A stretch of 64,000 nucleotides of DNA from assembly GCF_000315625.1 (NCBI RefSeq), contig NW_005434635.1, forward strand, positions 124,001 through 188,000, in the 5' to 3' direction. The stretch is from Guillardia theta CCMP2712 (taxonomy: Eukaryota; Protista; Cryptophyta). The notes under the pieces are model-generated. The model saw only the letters and a list, made by a program, of their open reading frames with translations, did no database searches and was not told where the DNA came from. Shown one piece after another: positions 27,659 through 40,498 of the stretch. Numbering within the stretch: the first letter of the stretch is position 1; every line of letters starts with the position of its first letter. The translations under genes were made by a program, and so were the position numbers.

Positions 27659-29450
27659 TCAACAGTCGTCATGCGAAATCGTATCATACTGCACTGATCG
27701 TCGTTTTCTTCTGTAGATCAACACAAGGGCGACCATGCAAAGGTTGAAGATGACAACGCCAGCAGCAAACTTCGTGTTGGTCACGCCAGCAAGCGGAAGA
27801 GTCGCGGTCGACGAAGATTTCTGCTCGAGCATGTAGAGGCTCGTGGAGATCATATCGTCGGGCAGCTGAGCTCTGATCGACATGGGGAGGTCATGCTTCA
27901 CCACGAAGACGCCAAAGACAGCCGATCCGGTGTCGAAGATGACGGTGAAGGGCTGTTTGGGGGTTCCGACGCCCACATCCATGAAGTACTGAGTTCCCTT
28001 CTTGTTGAAGATCGGGATCTGATCGACCTGAGTGAGTCTCTCCGTGTGCTCCGCCGGGAACATCGTCTCCTCTCCACGCAGAAGCTGGAGCTTGGTGATG
28101 GGAGCATGGTGAAGTTCGAAGGCACCGAGCTGAGGGTTCCTCACAGGGTTGTACTTCAAGTTGAGAGGAGCAATGCCGATGATCGGCCTCTCCCTTTGCG
28201 TCATGTCGAACTCAACCATGAAGGATCTGAAGAACACGTCTCCGATGAGAAGTCCTTGCATGCCGGCGGGACTCGGTTGCACGCAAGTCTGGTTGGTACG
28301 TGCCAAGAACCATGAGGAGAAGGGAACCTGCCACTCTCTTCCTCCGATTCCGAGCCAGAAAGACTTGCCCTCCTCCCAGAGATTCGTGAAGTCATTGAAA
28401 GGAACGTTCCTCAGCTTCCCGCCCAGGGTGTCGCCCGGCATCACCAAGCAAGAAGTTCCACTGTCCATGATGGATGGAAGGTAAGGCTCGTCCATCGGAT
28501 CGGAGAACTTGAGCAGCTCAGTAGAAGTGTCGTACGATTGTCCGAACCTCAGGGAAGTCACCCCAACGATGAAGTCGTTCTCCGATAGACAGGGAGTGTA
28601 CCACATTTCCCCCACGGTAGTGGAGGGATCATACCCTCCCAGCTGAACCTCAGCTGTAGAAGAGCGTCAGCGGAGGTCATGGAAGAAGACTTGACGTACC
28701 ATCAATGTCAGTGGAGAAGAAGGAAAACTTCCTCGTCAGGTCCCTGGCGTTGGACATCTTGTTCTCCTGGTCCGTCATGGCGAAGAGAATGGGGGTAGGA
28801 AGCTCCCTGCCCTCCTCGCCCGACTTTGGAAGACCAAAGCCAAGGATTCCATCAACACCGTTGAAGTCGGGGCTGTTGCAGTCCGTGATAACACCGAAAG
28901 GAGCAGTGCACTTATAGTCTCCGAGCTGCGGGTTGAGTCAGAAACCAGCTATGTAACTGACCAGCTATCCTACCCAGACTTGGTCAACACCGTTGAATCC
29001 TCTCAGATGAGATCCATCAGCATAGTGAAGGTCAAAGACCTGCCATCAGAAGTCATGTACAGCACGGCAAGGCCATCATCCGCTTCCATAAAACTCCTCA
29101 GACTGTTCCGATATGGCACCTCACACAAATCTGCTAGACGCCTACGAAAGATGCAACAGACTCTAACGCAAGTCTCACAACCGTTTCGATCGCATTGTAT
29201 GCAATCTTTCCATCCACATACTACCCAGCAACTTGTCTCCACAACCATCCCTGTCTGCCTCCACCAACCCACACACTCACAGTCAAACACCCTGCAACTG
29301 GCGTCTTACCTTCTCTGTGATGGGATTGAAGGTCGAGCTCTTCGTTACATCGAAGTGCCTCGACTGTTCTGGCTTGTAGGGCGTGTGAAAGCTTGTTCCT
29401 GCTCCCACCAGCCCCACCAGCACCAGCGCGCGTACCGTCCCCCTCGCCAT
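27659..29450 (-). CDS. Pepsin-family (A1) aspartic protease, circularly permuted, with signal peptide and C-terminal TM anchor
   Basis: Motif order: signal peptide, HFDVTKSSTF, LHYADGS, DGILGFG, IMDSGTS, LLIGDVFFR, IGIAP, then QYFMDVGVGTPKQPFTVIFDTGS, TM helix, RRKRR..YDTI. Confidence 0.85.
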
Positions 29451-30185
29451 GGCTGGTGCCTCTTCGTAGAAAGGCGCACCGTTACAAAAGTTACGTATTC
29501 GTTACTGTACGTTACAACAGTGCTCTGAAAACGTTATTAGACGTTACATATCATCAGGATTCTCGCTCTATTTCGGATGGAAAAGTGAATATGTACCCCT
29601 ACCCCCTCTATCATGATAGATTATGTGGAAGTACCCATGATTTTATACTGATATGTGAAGGATATAAGGGGGTACCAAAAGTACCTACCCCAGGATCCCC
29701 CTTTCAACATCCCCCACCCCTACCCCAATGACCGAGAGTCGCGGGATGATGCTGTGGCGGGGGACAGGAGAATGCGAGAGATGGAGCAGAGCGGGAGCAG
29801 AGGGAGCGGCGAGAGGAGGAGGACGAGAACAAGGACAAGGACGAGAAAAGTGAAAGATATCAAGGAAGATAGCTGGGTGAAACGTGCGAGGACCCGAAGG
29901 CACTGACAAAGTGTCGTTTGAAGGAGTAGAGAAGAAGAGAGGAAAGAATTAGACGAGGTCTGAATATGGTTGAATGCTCATAGTTGTATCATATTCGTGC
30001 ATACGATAATGCAACAGGATGTAGGCAAACGCATCAGCTATGAGATGCTGGTTCCAAATTTCGTTGGCGGGCGGTAACTCTGATTGCTCAGGATGTCTCA
30101 TGAGGAACATGAAATGGTGGACGAAACAAGAAACCGAACAACCCAAGCGGAACGAACTGCATGCATGCGCCGTGCTTGCAACGTG

Positions 30186-30952
30186 ATGTCAACATGCTCT
30201 ACCGCCTTCGTTGTCGGTGAGATGGTCGTTATGACATGACATCGTTAATAACCACTGTTACAGGCGCGATCATGCTACTTCACATTGGTTGTGTGGCAGG
30301 AAATCCCAACGACAAGCTTCAGACTGCAATTCATGCGAAATCTGCTCCTTCCTCCGCTGCTGAAGTTGCTCGGGAGATATCGGCGAAAGCACAGAAACTG
30401 CAGAGCGAGATCTCGAGCATCCATGCGAACATGGGGAGCGCAGACGACAAGTTGAACTCGATCAAAGAGCTCAAGTCAAAGCTTGCGACCAAGACTGTGA
30501 AGGGCAACGAGTTGGCCGATGCAGAGGTCAGCTTGCAGCAGCATACGATGAAGGTTTGTTCTGAGAGTTTTGACAGGAGAAGGTGCAAAAGATGAAAGCA
30601 GCAGTTCATGCAGCTGCCATGATCAAACAGAACGCCATTCATCACCTCGCTCTGTCTCACTCGGCTGGACCTCGCAACACAGGTAGGACGAACGCGATGG
30701 ATAAGGGAAAGGGCTGAGAGGCTGTGCAGGCGGCCAGCCTATCTACCCCAAGAAACTCACGCTACATGCGAGTGGATTGTTCGCAGACGGGCCTTACGTC
30801 ATCATGGGTGAGCGAACTCAATGCTGATGAGATGTTTACCTGACAAAGAGGTTTTTAGCCGTGCTGGCCACAATCCTCCTCACCTTCTGCTTCTGCGCAT
30901 TTTCTTCTCGTCCAACGTCGATGAGCGGCAAATACGACATGCGGCGATAGGG
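30186..30952 (+). CDS. Small secreted coiled-coil hypothetical protein, multi-exon (ends approximate)
   Basis: Hydrophobic AIMLLHIGCVAG followed by a helical K/S/A-rich ORF (30236-30595). Downstream GT-AG introns. Confidence 0.45.
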
Positions 30953-31172
30953 CAGAGTTTCCTCGGTAGCTTGGAAGCGATTGAATGAACTTGTCTGAAA
31001 CGGAGAAACGATCCATCACTTTCCGCATGTGTATGCAAAGGAGGAAAGGCAAGGGCAAGATTCACCCACTGAACAAAGAGGATTGATTAACAGTCTCAAT
31101 GAAGTTTCCCAAGTGCTACTTTAACAAATCTAGTTGCTGAATGAATACTTTGCTACCAACAGCCTTCACTCC

Positions 31173-33443
31173 TCATTGCAAGTGAGGCATGTGCACACTG
31201 ACTGGCAGCTTGTTGAAGTTCGTGATCCTGCCCTGTGGCATCCTCAACTTCTCCTGCAAGGGAAGGTTAGGAGGGACAAGACATATCCGACTTTCAGGTT
31301 ACACACCATGGTGTTGTGGCTCCCATCGGCCCTCACAGCTGAGGCCTCAGTCGACTTGTCCTGGATGGTGGCCTTGGGAGCTCGTCGCAAGTTCTTCCAC
31401 GTTCTCCCCAGCTTCCTGTCCTCCTTCGCGTCCTGTCAAAGCTTGTCAACGGACCATCAAACGCACGGAGACCCTTCGTCACCTGATGAGCGCCAAGGGG
31501 GATGGCAATGCGAGCAACGGGCGCGTTGGGGTCCTTAATGAGAGCTCCGTCGTCCAACAGCGTCGCGTCTCCCTTCGCCTGCTGGACTGAAGCAAGGCTC
31601 GCCTTGGGGAAGGAAGTGAAATGCTGATTGTTGCTGAACGAGGACGAACTCTGCGAGCTTTTGGTCGCTGCTGATGAGCTGCAGACGTAAGAATGTCAAG
31701 GATCGGAACGAGGGAAAATCAAGGTATGGAGAAGGAGGTTGAAGATATGGGATACCTCACGGCCTTGAAGTCTTGATCAACAGAAGAAATATCCACACCC
31801 GTCTTCTTCGCTTGCTTCATCAACGAGCGAAGGTTTGAATCAATCTCGCTATGCAAGGCACTGTCTTGCACATTGTTGGCGGAAGCCTTCACTTTCTTTT
31901 CATGGTTCAAAGCTGCAAGCTCCTGATCTGCTTGCTGCATAACACGAAAAATGGAGGATTCTTGATTATTCTTCTCCTTGGGTGCCTGCTTGGTGTACTT
32001 GCTCGATGTCTGAGACAACTGAGTAAGTCCAGCCTGCTGTGCCAACTTGGATGTCCCCGTCTGCTTGTACGAAGGGCTTGTGAGAGAGTCAAGAGTGCGG
32101 AAGGGAGCGTCGTTCATGAAGAGCGCTGGGTCAACCTCAGGTAGATTGCTCGCTATGGGGGGTTTCTGCCAGGTGCCACTAACCAAGCGAGGGCCTGGGG
32201 CAGCAGCTTCCTCCGCGCTCTTCAACCGGTTGAGGGTTGACATGTCATCACTCAAGTTATCTTGGAGAGAGGAGGTGTAGTACTGCATCGCCGAGCTGTA
32301 GTCTCGGTCCTTGGCTGCTCGCCTGACAGCCTCATTGGCCCTCATCTGCGATTCAGCCTGGGCAGCGCGCTGCCAGGCAGTCTGACCCTGCGAGGTGAGA
32401 TCTGCCAATCTCTTGAGCTCGTACTGGGCGATGGCATCCTGATTCTGCACGATGATGCGGGCCTCCCTGGCTCTCTGCTCCGCGATCTGCGCAGTCCGCA
32501 TCGCCGCACGGATCTGACGGGCAGATGAAGTTGCCTCTGCGCGATTCAACCTCAAGGAATCAGCGTACAGGGCATCCTTCGCCACCTTCGCAGCAGTCGA
32601 CTGCCTCTGGAGCTTGAGGGCTGAGAGGATGTCCTGCTTCTTGTTGGACAGAGTGCTGAGTTCCGACTGAAGGCCATTGAGTTGAGTCGTAGTCATCGTA
32701 CTCAACCCGGAGGCATCCTGCCTTGTGGTGGAGGAGTAAGTCTTGGGCAGGTTCTCGAGAGAATCTAAGGTGTCGTAGTTCGCTAGATGCCCAGTGTGCA
32801 ATCCAAGAGGATCACCGCTGCTGAAAGTTCCAGAGTACAGACCCTGAAGTTGTGCCTGGTCCAGATGAGCAATCTCCTTGGCCTGCTTGGCCTCGTCTTC
32901 GGAGGACTTGATCAACCTATCATACTTGTTCGCCGCCAACATCTCGGCTTGAGCAATCTTGCCGTACTTCTGTGCCCGCTGTCCTGGATGAAGAATGCTC
33001 TTCAAGGCAAAATCGTTGTCCATCTTCATTTCGTTGTTGTCGAGCGAGTAAAGGGCTGATGCTCTCATTCCAAGGTTGGTGGTGGTCAAGACTACCACTA
33101 CGGTCAGAGCCATGACTGCCAGAGCAGCCAACGAAGCCATCTGAACAAAGAGTCAGGGTAACACAGAACAGAGCAAGAATGACATGCACTGATCAGCCAT
33201 ACCTGGTAACGAACACGCTTCATTCCCTCCACTCCTCCTTGCGGTATGGAACCATCTGAAGATTATCGATGAGCAAAAGTAAATTCATCCTCCCATCCTC
33301 CCATCCTCCCATCCTCCCATCCTCCCTATATCCTCAACTGTCCAACCTTATCCTTTCATCTCTTGCATTGATCTAACCTCTCCTCCTCCCTCCTCCTCCC
33401 TCTCCTCTTCTCTCCTTGATCACTTACACTCCAAAGATCCCAT
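31173..33443 (-). CDS. Type II membrane or secreted coiled-coil hypothetical protein, multi-exon
   Basis: Spliced N-terminus MGSLEYGSIPQGGVEGMKRVRYQMASLAALAVMALTVVVVL, a 473-aa main ORF, and three more 3' exons to the stop at 31173. Confidence 0.7.
33285..33325. repeat. (CATCCTCC)x5 intronic tandem repeat
   Basis: Directly visible. Confidence 0.85.
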
Positions 33444-33774
33444 TGCCGCCCAGGCGTCTCTTCGCACCACCCTGACCACCCCTACCCATGCGAACTCCAT
33501 CATTGGACCCACAGGGGACCATCACCACCCCCACCCCTCCCTACCTCTATCGCAACAAGGGGAGACGAGTTCGGAATCAATACTACCCCTTGTTTTGTTT
33601 CTGAGAATAGGGTGGGTACTAACTTTCCTCGTGACCCCCATCTACCAGATGAAATCTGTAGGAAGTGAAGGGGGTGGAAGGATTTGATGTAACGGTTTTA
33701 TAACGGCGTGGACACGCAAACGGCGATGGCGGCGAGAACTCGAGGAAGAGGAGGAGAGGCCGGGCAGGAAGAGG

Positions 33775-34002
33775 ATGATTAAGGCTGTTGGTTGGGTCAT
33801 ACTTGTAAGCTCTGTCGCCTTTCTTCTCCTCTTCGTCTCTGCCACCTTCTTGGTCAGGCTCCTCCCTCAGTCTGAGAACCCAGTAGTCAGGTTCATCCAG
33901 GGCGACTCCCACTACTGCCTCCTCGTCCCAGTGACGATTCCTGTTTACTTCATCGCTATTTACTTCAACTGGTTCTCGATCAACCTCTACAAGAGCTCTT
34001 AG
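33775..34002 (+). CDS. PIGY: GPI-GlcNAc transferase subunit Y (PIG-Y/Eri1)
   Basis: 75 aa with two TM helices. DSHYCLLVPVTIP...YFNWFSINLY matches the PIG-Y C-terminal pattern. Confidence 0.8.
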   Translation: MIKAVGWVILVSSVAFLLLFVSATFLVRLLPQSENPVVRFIQGDSHYCLLVPVTIPVYFIAIYFNWFSINLYKSS

Positions 34003-34048
34003 AGCGTCGGAGACAACTCTTTACGCATTGAAAATCTCGACCGATAGG

Positions 34049-34786
34049 ATGGTGCTTGGTAGATTTTTCCAGAAGGCTACTAACTGGAACAGGATCGCCT
34101 CGCCCTTGGGCGGGGGATTTCAACCAAATTGCAGCAGAAATATCTCCCTTCTGCTGAGACAAAATCACCCGTCATTGAACTCCAGAAGCGTTAAATTCTT
34201 CCATCATCTTCCAACCCCACTGCAAACATTTAACCCAACCGCAAGGCGGCTCCCTTGGCCCGTGAGGCACATGGGATTGGACAAATTTTCTCTTCTCGAT
34301 TCCAGCTCCCTCGAGGATATGACTGTCGTCCAGTCTTACAACCAATATGGCATCGTCGTGAACAACGTCATCCTGCCTGGAGCAGTGCTGCTCCTACCCA
34401 AGACTTCGTTCCTCTGGAACGTCAACTCGATGGAGGACATAACGGTGGACAGCCTGAAGGTGCTCACGATGCTCAGCCCACGGATAGGTACGCCTGCAAC
34501 TTCCCTGTGCTGCTGTCTGCTGACCTGTAAATGTCTTTCCTCAGAGGTCTGCATTCTAGGGACCGGCAACAGGACTCGGAGGCCGCCGGCTGAGCTGATC
34601 TCCTGGTTCGGTGACCAAGGGATCTCTCTGGACTTTATGGACTCTGTCAATGCGTTCGCCACCTTCAATGTGTTGACGCAGGAAGGGAGAGTTGCAGCAG
34701 CTGCCTGCCTGCCTGTGGAAGACTACGAAAAGCAGTTGGAGGCTCTGAAGAATGCGAGTGGTGGCCAACCTCCGTCGGAGAAATGA
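34049..34786 (+). CDS. NDUFAF3: Complex I assembly factor NDUFAF3 (Mth938/DUF498), one in-frame intron about 34488-34544
   Basis: Arg-rich presequence. VQSY...VNNVILPGAVLLLP..W, EVCILGTG and MDSVNAFATFNVLTQEGRVAAA. Confidence 0.88.
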   Translation: MVLGRFFQKATNWNRIASPLGGGFQPNCSRNISLLLRQNHPSLNSRSVKFFHHLPTPLQTFNPTARRLPWPVRHMGLDKFSLLDSSSLEDMTVVQSYNQYGIVVNNVILPGAVLLLPKTSFLWNVNSMEDITVDSLKVLTMLSPRIGTPATSLCCCLLTCKCLSSEVCILGTGNRTRRPPAELISWFGDQGISLDFMDSVNAFATFNVLTQEGRVAAAACLPVEDYEKQLEALKNASGGQPPSEK

Positions 34787-35158
34787 CCTGCCTGCCTCTG
34801 CAATTTGCTGTCTTGGAACATGTGTGTGTGATATTGTCATTACGCCACCCTCGAGCATGAGTGATATGAGAATAGACGGTGGGAACCACAGTAGCGCTGC
34901 TGTGTTCTCATATGTCTCCTTGTATGTCGTGTACTCGTTTTGACTGTCAGCAATCTGAGGCAAAGATTCCTAGATTTGTACCTCATGCTTACTGGTGATG
35001 AAAACCGTATGGTGAAGAGTAAAGATAGTCGAATGATTTATCAGTCCTTATCGTGGAAGCCGAGTCAGCCAATCAAAGTCAGAAGTAATGTACATCAACA
35101 TCAAACGACTGATACCACCTCGAGAACAAATAATTCATTCTTAACGGGAAAACTTCTC

Positions 35159-37372
35159 TTAGATACGATTCAGATACTGCCCATTCTTGGAAATATATCG
35201 CACCCACTGCACCCAAACAAAAAACAATCAGGATCGAAATTGCGATACGAACTCACAAAGCACTTCACCTTAATTGTGTTATAGTTTGATTTCTCGTAAA
35301 TCTTCAAAAACCTCACGTGCAGACCAGATGCTGCAAGCATAGGGACCTAGAGACCAGACGGTAAGAATCGACGAGGGCAAGATGTACAAGTCTCGAGCAC
35401 CTGAAACTCCATGCTGATGGGTGGTCTCGACCATGGCTTCTTGTCCTCAATGCGAGCAGACATCTCCACTTCTCCACTCAAGGCATACTCGGTATCCCCA
35501 GGGAACTTCCTCATTCTCCACACCAGCTCAGAAGTCTCAGGCTCATACTTGGCCTAACACCACCAAATCATATCAGATATCAATGATCTTGCGACAGACA
35601 ATAGGATGGATCCCCGTCGAAAGAAAGGAGAATTTGCATATGAATTTGAGGGAAACTCCTTACCTTGCCAGCAGCAGCAGTAGTGGTAACCTTGGCTGTG
35701 TTGGGAGGGAGTGGTATTCTCACAATGACGTTCAGTCCCGTCACGCTACTGTACTGTGCCTTGACTTTCACGTTGATCTGATACGGGGACACATTCAGGG
35801 GCTTATAAAAAGTGACAGATATCGCCTCACCTCTAGACGGGTCCTTCCAAGTTCCTTTACAATAGGGGAAACCTTGAAGGGGAGATTGATGTTGTCCGAC
35901 ACACGATATTTCATCAAGACAAACTCTCCTGAAGATAGCAGATTAGAACATGGCATAGCCCAAGACTGAAGGGACCGTCGGGAGGAATGAAAGTCACAGC
36001 TTTATCGCTGTCAAATTTGCCAAGCTTAACGCACTAAAAACGCAAATGAGCTCTATGTAAAGATAAAATTTGATACAAACCTGGTGAAACGAAACATCTT
36101 CCATTTCAATCGATCCTGAAAGGCAATGATTTTCCCATTCAGTTTGCGAGAATCGGAAAAAAGAAATTGACACCAGATCCTCCCTTCTTGCCCTCTCCTT
36201 GCATCATAAGCTTATCATTCAGACCGAATTTGCACTCTTGAGCTTTCGTTAAGAAAACGGTACTTCAAGATGTAGGTCGAGTACCTGGCATGCCTGATAG
36301 GTAGGTCTTCATGACAATCTCTCCAGTGACATCGCTCTTCAGAACAGTTCCCTACCGCATTTCTCAATCATCGAGTTCAACAGCTCCATGCATAATCCAC
36401 CTTAGAAGACATCAACAGATTGACGTTTTCGACGACATCCAAGAAAACTTCATTCTTGCGATACCTGGACAAAATAACCCACATGTAAACCAGACATTCA
36501 CTCTCACTTGATTCCTTCACGTCTCCATGAGACGGCACCAGTAACTTGTGCAGGTGCAAGAGAGGCTGCCACAAGTGCACGGCCAGGATCAAGCTGCTGA
36601 CCCTCTTGCATGATGAATGTTTTCAACAAATCCACAGAGCAACTCTGGGTCACGTTGTAAGAGAGAATGAACTGTCCATGAGCACAGGCTGGGAAACAGA
36701 TCTCATCTTGAATTCACCTGAGGATATCCGAAGTCCATGACCTCGTCCAAAAGCTGCAGAAACCATCAGAACATCAACCTCAGCCCTTCACTTTCCCACC
36801 TCATACACCAGAGGAAAATTTTCTCGAACCGCTTCCTCCTCGAATGCTCCGCCAAAATAACCCTATTTGCATCAATCAGATTCAACGTTGCCTCCACCTT
36901 CATCATACCTTGAATACTTCTACCAGCGCAAACAAAAATTGGAAAGCCATACTAGCATTCACATTCTCTCGAGTAGCAGCGACAAGGTAGACGTTAGAAC
37001 TCCTGGAAAACAGAAAGGTTACCCTCAGATGCTGTTAAAGTTACCCTCAGTTGCCGCAGCAAGTCGTTATACCTGATGTGAAAAAAGCTGGCTTTTTCAA
37101 AGACTTGAACTGGCGAACGAAATTCCTTCGCCGCCAAAACCTGCAACTCTTGCGTGAATTTCTCGGAGGTACAAGGCACGCAAGCCCATTTTGATGTCAA
37201 GACAGGATAAACGCACCTGCATTCGGAAGGCATCTGCTGCTGCACGGCTGACATCATCTCTATATGCCTGAGGAGGGTGAAATTCAATATGATTCTTCGT
37301 CGGGGTCTGGCGACTTACCCGATAAATCAAGATTTCGCCTTTAAGGTTGATTAGATACACTGCACTGATCAT
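35159..37372 (-). CDS. AP2M1: AP-2 adaptor complex medium subunit mu2, many exons
   Basis: MISAVYLINLKGEILIYRAYRDDV...ADAFR, YRKNEVFLDVVE, FHQCV..FIPPDGEF, WSRPPISMEFQVPM..SGLHVRFLK and WVRYISKNGQY. Confidence 0.92.
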
Positions 37373-38879
37373 CTTGGCAAATCCCTAACCCGAATAATAA
37401 GGTATACAAGAGGGAAAATGGATTCATAAGTACTCAATCGATACTTGTGAACAAGTCTTCTCGGTCCAAGCGCGACAACCTCCACCTCGCACTGCAGAAG
37501 GTCAAACAGTAAGTCAATACTATTCCTCATGAGCCAAGTAACATCCAATTGTCATTTCGAAGCAAAGTAAGGTAAACAATGCTGTCAGAATCTTGAATAT
37601 CAAGTGCAGGAATATGAGAAGAAAGATCCAGCATGATCAAACAGTTCGGGTTCCTCATGCACAACATCATGATTCGGATCAGTTCAACAGCAGCAAGAGA
37701 ATTTCAAGGGATGGCTGATTGTCATTTTGTGTGATATTACAGTATTTCACACGATCCTGCTGTTTCTGACCACGTGTGTTACCCTACATCGCCATCGCGA
37801 AACTATCAATCACACGTCCTGGGTGAAATAATGTTTGACGCGACAGAACTTCGATGAAGCTCTTCGAAAATATTCAAGACAGAACGAGTACAGAGATTCA
37901 GACATTCTGAGTAGATTACTCAAAATGAAGAGAGAGTCATCAGAGCACGAAGGACATAACAAGCTCAGGTCCGTGCGGCATCCCAGCCTGAGCTTGCATG
38001 GCAAGCGGCGGTGGGGGAAGAAACAAGATGGATATGGGGGTAGTTTGTCCTAGTATTTAGGGGGTAGGGGTAAATGGGTAGTTGGTAGGGGTACCATGAT
38101 TGGAACATAGGGGGTAGGGTCAATGATAAAAGGTAGGGTACTTTTTCAATGAAATTGAGGGGTGAGAGTGGATGGGGGTGAGCCAACACTACTCAAGGAA
38201 TTGAAACGAACAGCAGGGTGGGGTGATGAGAAAGGGTAGGGTAGGGTATTGAGCAAACACCAGACTTTGGGGTAGCTCAACGTTCTCATAATTTACGAAA
38301 GCCTTCAATTGTAAGAATTTTATTAAATGAAGTACTAAATAATGTCAGTATACCTTCAACCCTTTACCTCTTCACCAAGTCAAGATTGACCCCCCACCCC
38401 CAATATTTGCAGTACGCCTACGCCTCCAGTCCAACTTGCTTACCCCCATTTTGCCTGGTGAAAGTACCCCTCCTTTTCTGAAAGTGGACCATTCATGAAT
38501 GAGGGCAGTGATAACTCACCGGTACATTGAGTACCCTCACCCCCTTCACTACATCTATTTCATATGTTCATGAAGGTGTTCATCATATCACATACCCCCT
38601 ATTTCAAGTACCCCACCCCACCATTCAGTTCAGAATTTTCCATCCTACCCCCCACTTTGAGAACGAAACCAGAAAATAGCTCCACAGCTCCATGGGTCCA
38701 AATCTACAAACTACCACCCAAGGGTACCATTTGGATGATTACCCGTACAAAGTACTGGAAATTAAAGGGGAAAAGAAGGGGTACTTTCAGTATACCACCC
38801 CTTCACAGACCGAAATCTCAGTTTCCCGCTCTTTCTGATTGAGACCCACAAACTTTTTACGCTGTGGGACAGGAGATCC

Positions 38880-39620
38880 ATGGGCGATAACATGAAAGAA
38901 AGCAGCGTGTGTGAGACAAGAAATGGCAGCGATCATTGCGCACAAGACAGCATCGTACTAGCGAAGATGAAAGGATACCCCTTCTGGCCGGCTCAGGTAC
39001 ATGTGTGGAGGAGCACCGGAGTATTGCGGGAGGGAAGTAGGCTCTGAACAATGCTGAATCAGATTCAGACGAAAGATTTCGAAGGCCATGAAGCACAAAA
39101 GGGGAGGAGGACCTTGGTTTATTTCTTCGGCACTCAAAAGTATGCGTCATTCTTGCGAGCATGGCTCAGATCCCTTACTGATTTCTGAGAAGGTATGGAT
39201 GGGCAAGGAACCAGGACATCAAGAGCTTTTATCCCAACATTCTGACGGTAAATAATTGGCAACCATCTGTTTTTGGTGTGCCGTCTTTGCCTATATGACG
39301 TTTCCCTTCAGGTATCAAGAACAAAATTAGGCAAGTTGAAAATTGCGCTGATGGAGGCTAGAAGGACCCTTCGTCCTTTCGAATGCAAGAAGTTCGACAT
39401 GGCCTGTGCAAAAATGGGCGTTCATGGATTGAACTCAAGACCTAAAGGAGCGATGCTATGCATGGCAGCAAGCTCTTGTATTCGATCGAAGAAACAGAAG
39501 TTGGGGACTTCCGGAAATGAGAAACATCTTGAGATCTATAGACAGTTAAGGTGTTTCCGTGTCGCAGATTCTATCCTTTGGACTTCAGGGGAAAACAAGT
39601 TGGAGCTAGTGATACGCTAG
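38880..39620 (+). CDS. PWWP-domain protein, multi-exon
   Basis: IVLAKMKGYPFWPAQ | ...VYFFGTQK | YGWARNQDI | ...LKIALMEA. Confidence 0.75.
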
Positions 39621-40054
39621 GCCGTTCAAGGGTTCAATGGGAGGGGGCGAGAATTTCCAAACTCGTGTAGCTTAATCTGGTAAATCTGCCAGGAAGATTG
39701 AACTGATCAAGCCTCGGTAGCCTCTGCCTGATTCAGGTTGAAGCCTGATGTTAGCTTCGGCCCTAGATCATCCTTCTTAGTACTAAGTAGCACTGCGGCC
39801 TGAGTGGGCCTCGGAGGTGAAAGGTGTTGTATCCCATGTGATGCGATATTCTCTGTACCGCGACGGTGATTCTTATGCGTTATTATATCGAAATCTTTTT
39901 ATCATATCGCAAGTACCCTTGCAACCGCGAGCTCACGACCTTGGCATGAAACGGCCGCCCTTTCCCCGCTGCCTGGGACCGTGGCACCAAGAGATCACTT
40001 TCCGCCTTGTTCGAGGCTGCCAAGTTGGTTCTTCGATATGCCGCAGTGCTTGAG

Positions 40055-40430
40055 CCCGGCTGACTCAGTAGGAAGGGTAGTCCCCGGGCCGCCGAGGAGA
40101 TACCGTACCGGCGCCGGGATTCGCTTAGGACAGTTTGCCAGAAGCTAGCGGCCTATTTCATGCCCAGTGCCGGCGGCCCGGCGCGACTTGGGCGCCGCCG
40201 CGGCGCCCGCCGGGGCCGGGGCTTGAGGCGGGGCGGCCGGGCCTGTGCCTCGGAGTCCCGGCGAACGTTACTGAAGACTCATGATTCCAGGGATAGCACC
40301 GGGCGATCGGGCTCGATGCGGCAAGTGACCGGGGAGCCTCCAAGAGGAGCGGGGAAGAGCCCCCTTCTGCAGGAGGAGTCCTTCCGAGCTCAGTTCACCG
40401 CCGGGGCGCCGGCGGCCGCCCGGCGGAACT
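40055..40430. repeat. GC-rich palindromic island
   Basis: CCGG/GGCC/GACTC-rich, between two tandem + genes. Confidence 0.6.
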
Positions 40431-40498
40431 TCCCGGAATGCCAGAGCTATGACCTCCTCCCCGCTAAGGACCATTGCGGTCGAAGGGGCGACGAAAGT

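Noticed and set aside
38030-38820. Interstitial telomere
   Set aside because: The G/C runs are irregular and do not form a tandem array of a fixed unit.
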